Source of the DNA: Candidatus Cloacimonadales bacterium
GTDB taxonomy: Bacteria > Cloacimonadota > Cloacimonadia > Cloacimonadales > JAFGVF01
Length of the DNA stretch: 64,000 bases
Direction: 5' to 3'
NCBI GenBank assembly: GCA_963663475.2
Contig: CAXXJV010000001.1
Coordinates: 2,336,001 to 2,400,000 of the forward strand
Part shown: positions 1 to 10,342 of the stretch, piece after piece
Layout of the letters: each line of letters starts with the position of its first letter
How positions within the stretch are numbered: the stretch's first letter is position 1
Program-made: the position numbers and the translations under genes
Notes under the pieces: generated by a model
What the model saw: only the letters and a program-made list of their open reading frames with translations
Database searches by the model: none
Told to the model about the DNA's origin: nothing

Positions 1-2
1 AA

Positions 3-1568
3 GAACATAGATTTGTAATGTCATCAAATTCGCATAGTGGGGTTGTAGTTGTTAATTATCCTTGGGATACTTGGCCAAGACTACATCCTGATGATGATTG
101 GTTCCAGTATGTAAGTAGATTATATGCAGATACAGTGCAAGAGAATGCTCCAGCACCATATATGACAGATTTTGAAAATGGAATCACAAATGGCTTTGCT
201 TGGTATGTTGCCATTGGGTCTCGTCAAGACTGGTTTAATTATTATCGTAACTGCCGTGAGATAACTATAGAATTATCTTTTAATAAAACTGTACCCGCTA
301 ATCAGTTAAATGCCCATTGGGAATATAATTATCAAGCTATGATTGAATGGCTAAAACAAGTTCAATATGGTATAAGAGGCTTTATTAGTGATGCTCAGGG
401 AAACCCTCTTGAAGCGAAAATTGAAATCTTAAATCATGAAGAAGACAACTCCTTTGTTTTTAGCTCTCCCCTACATGGAGATTATTATAGACCAATAGCT
501 GCAGGCACTTACTCTGTCATAGCTTCTGCACCTGGTTATGAAAGCCAGATAATTGATAACGTTAGCGTTCAATATGATTCTGCAACCCAAGTAAACTTTG
601 TTCTAAATCCTGCTGTTTTAACCTCTGTGCAAGGAAATATTCTTGACCAAGCTTCTCAACCTATTGCTGATGCGACAGTTACTTTCACAGGTTCTTCTAA
701 CTATAGTACTTCCACTGACACTGAAGGTTATTTCGCGATAGCAGATATTTATAGTGGACACTACACTCTTACTGTATCTGCAAGTGGTTATCAGACAAAT
801 ATTACTGAGATTCAAATAAGTGAAAATACCCCAGCTTTAGAAATTTCTTTAGAAGAATCAACAGCTATTAGTTTTGAAAATGAACTTTCTGCAGACTGGT
901 TTTCTTCTAGTAATAATCCTTGGACTAGAACAAATAATGAATCTTTAGATGGAGCTTATAGTTTAAGATCTGGTATCATTGGCAATGATGCTTCTTCTAA
1001 TATTCAGATTGAAACAGAAACACAAGCAGCAGTTATTTCCTTCTATTATAAAGTATCTAGTGAAGATGGTTATGATTTCTTCTCCTTCTATATAAATGAT
1101 GATTTGAGAGGATCATGGAGTGGTGAAATTGACTGGTCTTATGCTGAATTTCCAGTAAATGCAGGCAATAATACCTTCAAATGGGTATATGAAAAAGATG
1201 GTTATGTGCAAGATGGAAGTGATTGTGCTTGGATTGACCTAGTGCAATTACCTTCTGCAACAGAAAATTCAGATAATGATATCATGCCACTTGTAAATCA
1301 ACTTTCTTGCTATCCTAATCCCTTTAATCCATGCTTAAATATTCGCTACTATCAATCCCTTGATAAGCCAATTAACCGAATATCAATCTATAACCTAAAA
1401 GGTCAAAAAGTTAGAGATTTAATAAATCTTAGCAAAAAAACTGGCTACCATACTATCCAATGGAATGGCAGAAATCATAATGGTAATGATCTTTCATCAG
1501 GACTTTACTTCATATCAATTGATAATGACAATAGTAAATTCTTAAAGAAAGTAATTTTAATGAAGTAA
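3..1568 (+). CDS. Secreted M14 zinc carboxypeptidase with carboxypeptidase-regulatory (CarboxypepD_reg) domains and a C-terminal FlgD-Ig/T9SS-like tail; 5'-partial
   Basis: Frame is open from position 3 (EHRFVMSSNSHSG, equivalent to the M14 FVLSANLHGG motif). Also NYPWD, GITNGxAWY, GSRQDW, EITIEL, GDYYR and a C-terminal YPNPFNP...IYNLKGQ...SGLYF. Confidence 0.85.
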   Translation, partial: EHRFVMSSNSHSGVVVVNYPWDTWPRLHPDDDWFQYVSRLYADTVQENAPAPYMTDFENGITNGFAWYVAIGSRQDWFNYYRNCREITIELSFNKTVPANQLNAHWEYNYQAMIEWLKQVQYGIRGFISDAQGNPLEAKIEILNHEEDNSFVFSSPLHGDYYRPIAAGTYSVIASAPGYESQIIDNVSVQYDSATQVNFVLNPAVLTSVQGNILDQASQPIADATVTFTGSSNYSTSTDTEGYFAIADIYSGHYTLTVSASGYQTNITEIQISENTPALEISLEESTAISFENELSADWFSSSNNPWTRTNNESLDGAYSLRSGIIGNDASSNIQIETETQAAVISFYYKVSSEDGYDFFSFYINDDLRGSWSGEIDWSYAEFPVNAGNNTFKWVYEKDGYVQDGSDCAWIDLVQLPSATENSDNDIMPLVNQLSCYPNPFNPCLNIRYYQSLDKPINRISIYNLKGQKVRDLINLSKKTGYHTIQWNGRNHNGNDLSSGLYFISIDNDNSKFLKKVILMK

Positions 1569-1574
1569 AATATT

Positions 1575-3728
1575 ATGACTATAAATAGTAGAGTAGAAGA
1601 AGAGATTATTAATGAAATTATTTCATTAACTCCTAACTTAAATTTAGCTATATTTAACAAAGCTATTGATGTAGCTTCAAAGGCTCATACTAAACAGAAA
1701 AGATTATCAGGGGAGAATTATATTATTCATCCCCTGAATGTTGCTTTAATTCTAGCAAAAATGAACTCAGATACTGAAACTCTCTGTGCTGCAATACTTC
1801 ATGACACATTAGAGGATACCCACCTAACAGAAGAAGATATCACAAAAGATTTCGGACCCACCATCTTTCGTTTGGTTGAAGGTGTTACTAAATTAGATAC
1901 TTTTCATTATGTAAGGAAAAAAAATAGGATAATTAAACAAGCTGAAAACTTTCGGAAATTATTACTTTTCACTATTAAGGATGTTAGAGTTCTTCTTATA
2001 AAGCTTGCTGATAGACTCCATAATATGCGCACAATTACTTTTATGGATAATGTAAGACAAATGAGAATAGCCCAGGAAACTATTGAAATTTATGCTCCTT
2101 TAGCAAACAGATTTGGACTTTCAATAATTAAGAGTGAGCTTGAAGATTTATCTTTTAAAATAATAAACCCCCAAGAATATCAAATCATCGCTAATATGAT
2201 CAAAGTGAAAAGTTTGAGTAGAGATTTATACATTAAAGATGTCATAAAAGAAACAATTACAGCCTTATCAAATCTAAATATTGAATTTGATATTCAAGGT
2301 CGTAATAAAGATTTCTATTCTATATATCAAAAACATATTCGAAAAAATATTTCCTATGATGATATCTATGACTTCATAGCAATTAGGATTATTACTACAT
2401 CCATAGAATTATGTTATAGAATTTTAGGAGTAATCCATTCACTCTTCCAACCAATAAATAACCGTTTTAAAGATTATATTTCTAAACCTAAAGAGAACAA
2501 TTACCAATCACTCCATACACTTGTAATGGGACCTGATGCCAAAAAAATAGAGTTCCAAATAAGAACTCAAGAAATGCACTTAGTTGCAGAAGAAGGAATT
2601 GCTGCTCATTGGAAATATAAAGAAAACCATTTGAATCTTGAACATAATTTTGTTAAGCAAATTGAGAAAATAAGATCTTTTATTAGCCTTTCAAATATTG
2701 AAGAAGATTTCATAGAGACTTTTAAAAGTAATTTCTTACATGATGAGATTATCGTTGTTACCCCAGCAGGCGATTATATAAAACTCCCAATTGATTCAAC
2801 AACCATAGATTTTGCTTTTGCTCTCCACACTGAGATTGGTTTAACCTGTACAGGAGCAAGAGTAAATTCTGAATTTGTACCTCTAAGAACTATCTTGCAT
2901 AACGGAGATAGTGTTTCCATTATTACATCTCCCAAAGCAAATCCAAGTTATGATTGGCTACGAGTTGTTAAAACTGCTAAAGCTAAAGCTAATATTAAGT
3001 CTTTCTTTAAGAAAAAAATGTTAGCTGATTCCATCCTTCTTGGCAAAGAGATTTTTAACAAAAGAATTAGGAAAAGTCCTTACCGAGTTAAAGAAGATTG
3101 TGATGTATTGAAATTAGCCCAGCATTTTAAATACCCAAATATTCAAGAGTTCTATGCTGGATTAGGCTCAGGAAAATTAGCTTTTTCTGATGTTTTAGAT
3201 TTTCTAAAAGAAGATGTGGAAACTAAAATTGATGAGCAAACTATAGAAAGCAATGATATTTCTCTTGAAAAGACTATGCAAGATACTATCTATTTGGATG
3301 ATATAAATAATTTGATGGTAAATTTTGCTAAATGCTGCAATCCACATTATGGAGATGAAATTCTAGGCTATGTAACTAGAGGTAGAGGTATAACAATTCA
3401 TAAAGCTGATTGTCATAATAAGAACTTTCTAAAAATTAAAAAAACAGAAGCAGATCGAGTTTTCAAAATTTCCTGGGATAAAGAGAAGATCTTTAGGAAG
3501 CCTAAAACTATAGAAATTTCAGGTTATAACAACAAAATAATTTTCTATGAAATTGTCGAAACTATAAGTAATTTTAATATTGATATTTTAGAAAATAGTT
3601 TTAATGCCCGAGGAGATAGATTCACTTACTATGTAAAATTTGATAGTAAGCATTTTAAAAACTTAACTATTCTACTGCAAAGTCTTAAGAGAATTGTTGG
3701 GGTAAATAAGGTAAAATATTTTGATTAG
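1575..3728 (+). CDS. rel: Bifunctional (p)ppGpp synthetase/hydrolase, long RSH
   Basis: Intact HD motif (LHDTLED), KLADRLHNMRT, RFKDY, YQSLHT, EFQIRT, GIAAHWKYK, TGS domain (DFAFALHT) and AKCCNP. Confidence 0.95.
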   Translation: MTINSRVEEEIINEIISLTPNLNLAIFNKAIDVASKAHTKQKRLSGENYIIHPLNVALILAKMNSDTETLCAAILHDTLEDTHLTEEDITKDFGPTIFRLVEGVTKLDTFHYVRKKNRIIKQAENFRKLLLFTIKDVRVLLIKLADRLHNMRTITFMDNVRQMRIAQETIEIYAPLANRFGLSIIKSELEDLSFKIINPQEYQIIANMIKVKSLSRDLYIKDVIKETITALSNLNIEFDIQGRNKDFYSIYQKHIRKNISYDDIYDFIAIRIITTSIELCYRILGVIHSLFQPINNRFKDYISKPKENNYQSLHTLVMGPDAKKIEFQIRTQEMHLVAEEGIAAHWKYKENHLNLEHNFVKQIEKIRSFISLSNIEEDFIETFKSNFLHDEIIVVTPAGDYIKLPIDSTTIDFAFALHTEIGLTCTGARVNSEFVPLRTILHNGDSVSIITSPKANPSYDWLRVVKTAKAKANIKSFFKKKMLADSILLGKEIFNKRIRKSPYRVKEDCDVLKLAQHFKYPNIQEFYAGLGSGKLAFSDVLDFLKEDVETKIDEQTIESNDISLEKTMQDTIYLDDINNLMVNFAKCCNPHYGDEILGYVTRGRGITIHKADCHNKNFLKIKKTEADRVFKISWDKEKIFRKPKTIEISGYNNKIIFYEIVETISNFNIDILENSFNARGDRFTYYVKFDSKHFKNLTILLQSLKRIVGVNKVKYFD

Positions 3729-3775
3729 ATTATTATCCTATATAATATTTATTTGATTTAGCTATTATATACTAG

Positions 3776-4153
3776 TTAACGATGGGGATTTTTAGTCTGA
3801 CTTCTAAATACTATAATCCCCCCAATAATGGCTATAACGATTATAGAAGCGATAGTAACAGCTACTAAGGGATGAATAACTCCTTGATTGAAAACAGGTA
3901 CATTCCAAGATCTATCAACTGACTTTTTTTGCCATTTACTCTTATCTACTGGTCCAGGATCTGAACCTGGCTCAGATGTATATCCACCTTGATAAGTCAC
4001 ATACTGAACACCACGAGATTCAAATGTTTTTTCAAAAAAATACTCAACAATAAAATAAATAGTAAAAACCCCAATTACAGCAGTTATCCCATAAATAGTC
4101 CAACTAAGTATTTTTTTATAATAAAACCAATTATTATCTTCTCTAATCATCAT
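3776..4153 (-). CDS. Hypothetical membrane protein, two TM helices
   Basis: 125-aa ORF with two hydrophobic stretches; overlaps the stop of the upstream gene. Confidence 0.6.
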   Translation of the reverse strand: MMIREDNNWFYYKKILSWTIYGITAVIGVFTIYFIVEYFFEKTFESRGVQYVTYQGGYTSEPGSDPGPVDKSKWQKKSVDRSWNVPVFNQGVIHPLVAVTIASIIVIAIIGGIIVFRSQTKNPHR

Positions 4154-4922
4154 CTCTCCAGTATTTTGAAATGTCTCTTATTATTAGATTTATCATCCTG
4201 ATATAATCCTTACCAATTCCAGAATAATTTACCAAGCCAGAACTTAATATTGAACCATCGATGATTTTATCTTCATCTCTTAAATCAGCTCTTAGAGCTC
4301 TAAAATGACCATAAGCTCTGTTGGTGTTTAAGTTTAGCATGTACTTCTTTACTGAGTCATTTACAGAATTGAATATTGCTATCTCATGAGTCTGACCTTC
4401 ATCCCGCTTAGAAGGAACAATACCAGAACCAATTTTATAGGTCCAATGCCCAAACATATTGTTAGCTTTCTTAGCAAAGACTGAAGTTCCCCATCCTGAC
4501 TCTATAGCAGTTTGCGAGATAGCTAACTCAAGAGGAATAATATCTACTCTGCGTAAGATTTCTTGCCAGTCTATTGAATCAGAACTTTGCGATATATCAA
4601 TCTTATAAACTTTTTCTATATTATTAATATAATTAAGCTGGTCTTGTGTCAAACTATTTTTTTTGCTGAGCTCAATTATCTCTTGCCTATTAGCCAAAAT
4701 TTCCTGGTTCTCAGATTGAATTATCAATGACATAAAGTCACAAAACATTTTTTTTCGTAGACTTATGTCTTTAATCCTAGAAAAGTCATATACTTTTTTA
4801 GCCTGATAACGGTCATTTATATAGTCATAACTAATATAATCTTTATAGACCATTATACTTGCTAATTGGCTAACTGATAAAAATAAAAATAAAAAGATTA
4901 GTTTAAAAATAAACCTTTGCAT
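4143..4922 (-). CDS. Glucosaminidase domain (GH73, Bax-like) protein
   Basis: LAISQTAIESGWGTS, ANNMFG and YMLNLNT motifs. Signal peptide when started at ATG 4922 (MQRFIFKLIFLF). Confidence 0.85.
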   Translation of the reverse strand: MQRFIFKLIFLFLFLSVSQLASIMVYKDYISYDYINDRYQAKKVYDFSRIKDISLRKKMFCDFMSLIIQSENQEILANRQEIIELSKKNSLTQDQLNYINNIEKVYKIDISQSSDSIDWQEILRRVDIIPLELAISQTAIESGWGTSVFAKKANNMFGHWTYKIGSGIVPSKRDEGQTHEIAIFNSVNDSVKKYMLNLNTNRAYGHFRALRADLRDEDKIIDGSILSSGLVNYSGIGKDYIRMINLIIRDISKYWRDDD

Positions 4923-5400
4923 AATGTTTCTGAATAATTTTAATATTCTGTTTGTTAGGAATTTCAATTTCTTTGACTAGTTTCCAATTCTTTAAATCTA
5001 TCTTAGGGAAATATGTGTCTCCATCAACTTCAATATCAATTTCACTAATTATTAACTTACCAGCTAGAGGTAAATATAAATCAAAAATAGATTTTCCACC
5101 AATAACATAGAAAGTTTCATTAGCTTTTTCAAGTAAATGAAACATCATTTCACCGAAACCCTTAACTATAGTAGCATCAGGAATTTCAATATCATTTTTA
5201 CGTGTCATAATATAATTCTTTCTGTTAGGAAGCAACTTACCTATTGATTCATAAGTATTCATTCCCATAATAACATTGTTATCAGAGGTAATTTTCTTGA
5301 AACTTGCTAGCTCTTCTGGAATATTCCAAGGCATCTGATTATTTAAACCAATCACACCATTTTTAGAAACAGCAGCAATAATTATTACATTACTTTTCAC
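4903..5400 (-). CDS. folA: Dihydrofolate reductase
   Basis: IAAVSKNGVIG, MPW, IMGMNTYESIG, LPNR, VIGG, GDTYFP. Start reassigned to GTG at 5400. Confidence 0.95.
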   Translation of the reverse strand: MKSNVIIIAAVSKNGVIGLNNQMPWNIPEELASFKKITSDNNVIMGMNTYESIGKLLPNRKNYIMTRKNDIEIPDATIVKGFGEMMFHLLEKANETFYVIGGKSIFDLYLPLAGKLIISEIDIEVDGDTYFPKIDLKNWKLVKEIEIPNKQNIKIIQKHYAKVYF

Positions 5401-5962
5401 TATTCTTACCTTTGTTGAGATTATCTTTAGGGTTAGCACTCACGATTATCGTAGACATGAAATCGTCGTACTTGGCATTGCTTGCCATTTCACCTATACT
5501 GTTAAGAATTTCCATCATATTCTTGAATACTAACATCAAGTTATATTGTCGTTTTTTGTTTTTGTTATCAATATAATCAATAATTACATAACGTTTCTTA
5601 CTTTTACTCATACTAATTTTTGTAATACCATCAAAAGGAATCACTCTTTTTATACCTATTAAAGATTTGGCAATTAAAAATTCTTTAGTAAAAGTTAAAG
5701 TATGTATATTTAGCAAATTCTGTAATATGGTATTCAATCCAGCAAAGAAAATAATGATAGGAATAAGTTTGGCTACCATAGTTGCATCAGGCGAAATTGC
5801 AACTTTAGTAAGAAGATAATAAACAGCATAGATACAAACAAGTACTGCAAATGAGAGAATTATAAGTCTAGTTAATAAACTAAATCTGTAACTTCTAGGC
5901 AATCCCTTCTTCTGATTAATATTTATCAGTTCTGCAGGATCAATTAAATTATCTTTTGGCAT
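5390..5962 (-). CDS. Hypothetical membrane protein (two TM helices plus soluble C-terminal domain)
   Basis: 190-aa ORF coupled to both neighbours; two hydrophobic helices. Confidence 0.6.
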   Translation of the reverse strand: MPKDNLIDPAELININQKKGLPRSYRFSLLTRLIILSFAVLVCIYAVYYLLTKVAISPDATMVAKLIPIIIFFAGLNTILQNLLNIHTLTFTKEFLIAKSLIGIKRVIPFDGITKISMSKSKKRYVIIDYIDNKNKKRQYNLMLVFKNMMEILNSIGEMASNAKYDDFMSTIIVSANPKDNLNKGKNSEK

Positions 5963-6794
5963 CTTCCACCTCTATTTTGTTTTTTAATAATCTATTTATG
6001 TTTTCAAATATTTTTATGTTTCCCTGATATGAACCTAAATCTTCTCTCCTCCCATAACCATGAAAATCACTTCCACCTGTGGAAATAAGATTCATATCAC
6101 GACATAGGCCTTCTAATCTTTTAATTTGCGATGGAGAATGATCATAGTAATAGGTTTCAATTCCATCAATTCCAGCTTTTTTAAAAAAATGAATATCTTC
6201 AATATTAATAGACTTATATGGATGAGCTAAAACAGCGAAACCCTTTGCTTTATGGATAGTATCGATAATTTCTTGAGGAGCTATTTCTATTTTAGGAACA
6301 TAGGCAAAACCTGAATCACCTATATATCTATCAAAAGCCTGTTGTTGATGTTTCACTATTCCTCGTTTTACTAAAGCCTGAGCTATATGTGGTCGGCCTA
6401 TAATATTCTCATTTCCAACTAAGTCTTTTACTTCAGAAAACTCTATATCTACGCCCTTATCACTTAATAGACCAAGAATCTTTTTAGCTCTTTCAATTCT
6501 GGAATTCTTTATGATATTGAGTAATTTAAGTAATTCTGGGTTGGTATAATCAATATCATAGGCTAAAATATGTACTTCTCTACCTGCATATCTACTTGAT
6601 ATTTCAGTTCCACGAATTACTCTCATTTCTTTATAATAATCACTTTCAAAATTATTAAAAGCATCTACAGTATCATGGTCTGTTATAGCTATTGCCCTAA
6701 AGCCTTTTAGATAATAACCTTCTAATACTTCTTCAAGAGTAAAAGTACCATCAGAAGCCCTTGTGTGTATATGAAGATCTATGTAATTATTCAT
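5949..6794 (-). CDS. PHP-domain metallophosphoesterase (TrpH/YciV-like)
   Basis: DLHIHT, TDHD, GRPH, AHP and GGSDFHG motifs. Confidence 0.9.
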   Translation of the reverse strand: MNNYIDLHIHTRASDGTFTLEEVLEGYYLKGFRAIAITDHDTVDAFNNFESDYYKEMRVIRGTEISSRYAGREVHILAYDIDYTNPELLKLLNIIKNSRIERAKKILGLLSDKGVDIEFSEVKDLVGNENIIGRPHIAQALVKRGIVKHQQQAFDRYIGDSGFAYVPKIEIAPQEIIDTIHKAKGFAVLAHPYKSINIEDIHFFKKAGIDGIETYYYDHSPSQIKRLEGLCRDMNLISTGGSDFHGYGRREDLGSYQGNIKIFENINRLLKNKIEVEDAKR

Positions 6795-7422
6795 AGCTTA
6801 TTTTCTTCCTTTCAACAAGAATATGCTTTAGGCGTGAAATTATCATGTCTATTGCTATCTTATTATGTCCACCTTCAGGAACAATAACATCAGCATAACG
6901 CTTTGTTGGTTCGACAAATCTTATGTGCATAGGACGAACCATAGTACGGTATCTATGCATGATAGATTCTAAACTTCTACCCCTCTCTGCCATATCTCTT
7001 TCTATACGACGTAAAATTCTTATATCTGAATCAGTATCTACGTAGATTTTAATATCAAGAAGTTTTCTTATTTCTTCATTCTCAAAGATTAATATACCTT
7101 CTATCACAATAATTGTGTTGGGGTAAACTTTACAAGTTTCTTCAGCTCGGGAATGAGTTTTAAAATCATAAATTGGTTGATTTACTGGAACTGAATCTTT
7201 AAGAGCTCTTATATGATTTATTAGCAGTTCAGTATCGATAGCACTAGGATGATCATAATTAATAGCATTTCTCTGCTCATAATTTAAATCTGTAAAATTT
7301 TTGTAATATGCATCTTGAGGGATGACTGTTATATGATCAGAGATAGACTCTTGAATTGCCTTAGTAACACATGTTTTACCTGAGCCAGTTCCACCAGCTA
7401 TTCCTATAATGACAGGATTCAT
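6787..7422 (-). CDS. udk: Uridine kinase
   Basis: GIAGGTGSGKT, QDAYY, NYDHP, IEGIL, RRIERD. Start at ATG 7422 after GGAGA. Confidence 0.95.
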   Translation of the reverse strand: MNPVIIGIAGGTGSGKTCVTKAIQESISDHITVIPQDAYYKNFTDLNYEQRNAINYDHPSAIDTELLINHIRALKDSVPVNQPIYDFKTHSRAEETCKVYPNTIIVIEGILIFENEEIRKLLDIKIYVDTDSDIRILRRIERDMAERGRSLESIMHRYRTMVRPMHIRFVEPTKRYADVIVPEGGHNKIAIDMIISRLKHILVERKKISYE

Positions 7423-7430
7423 AATTCTCC

Positions 7431-8540
7431 TTAAATTTTCCATTTATATTTCATAATTACACCTCTTAAAGAGAAAATTATGAAGATTAAAACATATACT
7501 AGTGTAAATAAAAAATAGTATATGATATATTTTTTTTTATTAATTTTTATACAAAAATAGGTCATCATGAAAAGTTCAAAACCTATTCTTAAAGCCAATA
7601 ATATACAAAACATAGGCAATGAATCCATATTAAATGGGAGTAATATTGCCATAACAATAAAATATATATAATAAAAGAACACTAAGAGGCTAAAAAGTTT
7701 TAAAGCCCATGGGAAATACTTAAATTTGGAAGCTCTCCTAGTGTCAAGATTTACATGTGATGAAAAACTTTCTTTCTCCATGGTAATTACTGATGCTTGA
7801 GGTGTAAAGAGATACTTTTTCTTTCTTAGATGAATCCAAAGATTAAATAACTGTAAATCATCATCACCAGATTTAATATTTTTGTACCTACCAAAACCTT
7901 TAGCTTTTAGATAAGAACTTTTTCGGTAAGACATGTTGGAAGCAGAAGCTGTCATTGGAGTTCCATTCCCTAAGCCACTAGCAGCAATAACTCGATATAA
8001 TATAGCTTCAAAAGTCTTAATTCTATTAAAAAGGGTCTTCTTATTAAACTTAACATGGGTATAGGCTAAAATATAATCAGTTTCATCATCATAAGCCTTT
8101 GCAAAGGTCTCGATCCACTTAGGATTAGCTATACAGTCTGAATCTGTAAAAAGGAGAATATCATGACTAGCATGGTCAATTCCTTTAGCAATAGCATATT
8201 TCTTGCCATTTCGTCTTCCTTTTTCAGGTAATTCAAAAAGTTTCATATCTAGCTTTGAACTTTCCATATAGCCACATATCAAGCGATTAGTGTTATCATA
8301 ACTTCTATCATCTACTATTATTACCTCAAAGTATTCCTTAGGATATGTTTGGTCTTCTAAGGACTGTAATAAGCTAAGTACATTATTTTCTTCATTTCTT
8401 GCTGCAATAATAACAGAAATATGCTTTTTTTTATTATTGTCTATAGTACTTTTCCGAGAAATTCTTAAGAGACCGAGTATTAAATACGAGATTAATAATA
8501 TATAGATTATTGAAAATATTAAAAAACTTATTCCTAGCAT
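7431..8540 (-). CDS. Membrane-bound family 2 glycosyltransferase
   Basis: IAARNEE, VDDRSYD, GKK, FTDSDC, SGDD; N- and C-terminal TM helices. Confidence 0.9.
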   Translation of the reverse strand: MLGISFLIFSIIYILLISYLILGLLRISRKSTIDNNKKKHISVIIAARNEENNVLSLLQSLEDQTYPKEYFEVIIVDDRSYDNTNRLICGYMESSKLDMKLFELPEKGRRNGKKYAIAKGIDHASHDILLFTDSDCIANPKWIETFAKAYDDETDYILAYTHVKFNKKTLFNRIKTFEAILYRVIAASGLGNGTPMTASASNMSYRKSSYLKAKGFGRYKNIKSGDDDLQLFNLWIHLRKKKYLFTPQASVITMEKESFSSHVNLDTRRASKFKYFPWALKLFSLLVFFYYIYFIVMAILLPFNMDSLPMFCILLALRIGFELFMMTYFCIKINKKKYIIYYFLFTLVYVLIFIIFSLRGVIMKYKWKI

Positions 8541-10334
8541 CTAAAAATCTTTCTTCTTAACAATTCGATTAATTATCTTTGAATTTGTATCTTTGATTAG
8601 TTTGGCTAACTCTGGAATATCTTTTTGGATAGCCTCCATTGTTAACTCTTTTTCCTCTTTCTCTTCCTTATCAGTATAATCAACCTCAAACATCAAATCT
8701 CTTCCAAAGAAATCAATTAAATATTTACTTAACTTTTCTTTATTTTTGGCTAATATATCAGCAGTCATTTTCTTTTCTGTATTCACTCTGATAACTCTTG
8801 AAGTAACACTAGTAATTGTTACATAATTAAGCATACTCGCAAGCATTGAATCTTTTTTAGCAATAACTTTGATGAACTTATCCCAATGTTTGTTAATAAA
8901 ATCTATATCAAAAACAAGAGCTTCTTCACCTAAGGGTTTAACACTTGGAGCTTGCTTGGGTTTTATAGTTTTTTTCTCAACTTGAGAATTTTTATTATTA
9001 AATTCTTCTTCGAATCTCTGTTTTAAATTATTAGTGTTTGAGGTATTTTCTACTTTAGGTGAATCTTTTACTGCTTGTTCTTGTTTTGAGATAGTTTGCT
9101 TTTCTAGAACTGGTCTAGGATTAGGGCTGGAAGTAGACGCAGGTGTTTTATTGCCTATATTGTCAGGAATAGATTCTGAGATTTTCTGATTTAGATTATC
9201 AGCTTTAACTATTATGGGTTGGATTGGATTATTAACAGATTCTATATCAACAAGATCTTTAATTTTAGAAAGTTTAATCAAAACTATTTCAAATAGAATA
9301 GCTGGATTATCACCAGTTTTCATATCAACTTTTGTTTTCATTAATATTGATAAGATATACAATAAATCTTGATCATCAAATTTAGTTACTAGGCTTTTAA
9401 TGCCTGCTAGTTGTGCTTTTGAAATCTCCCCTGTATCAACATCATAATAAGCAAGTAAACATAGTCGTAAATAATCTAGAAATCCATTTACTATCTCAAT
9501 AATATCATTGCCCATTTCAATTATAGAATGGAGGTTCCTGATAACTTGAGCTGAATTACCAGAGTTTATTGCCAATAATATTTTCTCATAGATTTCAAAA
9601 GGTAGAATACCAAAAACATCTCGTACTATTAATTCACTAATAACCTCATTTCCCGTAGAGATAACTTGGTCCATTAATGATAAAGCATCTCTCATGCCAC
9701 CATCAGCTTTTTTAGCAATTTGAAACAAAGCTTCTTCTTCATACTTTAAGTTCTCTTGTCCACAAATATTCTTTAAATTTTTGACTATCAGTTCAATTGG
9801 TATTCTTTTAAAATCAAATCTCTGACATCTAGAAATAATTGTCGGTATAACCTTATGAGGTTCTGTGGTAGCAAAAATGAAAATTACATTATCAGGTGGT
9901 TCTTCAAGTGTTTTAAGCAAAGCATTAAATGCATTCTTAGATAACATATGAACTTCATCAATAATATATATTTTATATTGTGCTGAGTTTGTAGTATATA
10001 AGAGATCCCTTTGTAGATCTCTTATATCATCAACACCAGTATTAGAAGCACCATCTATTTCGACCACATCAGTTGAAGTACCATTAGTTATTTCTTGGCA
10101 GATAGAACAAGAATTACATGGGTGACCTTTTTCACCTTCTTGACAATTCAAAGATTTTGCTAATATTCTAGCCATCGAAGTTTTACCAACACCTCTGGGA
10201 CCTGTGAACAGGTAAGCATGGGCTATTCTACCTTGTTCTAAAGCATTTATAAGTATTTTTGTAACATGATCTTGAGCGTAAACATCGGCAAATGTTTGGG
10301 GTCTATATTTTCTAGCTAACACTATGTATGACAT
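8541..10334 (-). CDS. dnaX: DNA polymerase III subunit gamma/tau
   Basis: LARKYRPQTF, GPRGVGKT, zinc-binding cysteines, DEVHML, SRCQ. Confidence 0.97.
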   Translation of the reverse strand: MSYIVLARKYRPQTFADVYAQDHVTKILINALEQGRIAHAYLFTGPRGVGKTSMARILAKSLNCQEGEKGHPCNSCSICQEITNGTSTDVVEIDGASNTGVDDIRDLQRDLLYTTNSAQYKIYIIDEVHMLSKNAFNALLKTLEEPPDNVIFIFATTEPHKVIPTIISRCQRFDFKRIPIELIVKNLKNICGQENLKYEEEALFQIAKKADGGMRDALSLMDQVISTGNEVISELIVRDVFGILPFEIYEKILLAINSGNSAQVIRNLHSIIEMGNDIIEIVNGFLDYLRLCLLAYYDVDTGEISKAQLAGIKSLVTKFDDQDLLYILSILMKTKVDMKTGDNPAILFEIVLIKLSKIKDLVDIESVNNPIQPIIVKADNLNQKISESIPDNIGNKTPASTSSPNPRPVLEKQTISKQEQAVKDSPKVENTSNTNNLKQRFEEEFNNKNSQVEKKTIKPKQAPSVKPLGEEALVFDIDFINKHWDKFIKVIAKKDSMLASMLNYVTITSVTSRVIRVNTEKKMTADILAKNKEKLSKYLIDFFGRDLMFEVDYTDKEEKEEKELTMEAIQKDIPELAKLIKDTNSKIINRIVKKKDF

Positions 10335-10342
10335 CTAAAACC

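Noticed and set aside
8850-8980. Programmed -1 frameshift in dnaX (gamma subunit)
   Set aside because: The A-runs (GAG AAA AAA ACT; GCT AAA AAA GAT) are not in the A_AAA_AAG frame, and no clear stimulatory hairpin was seen.
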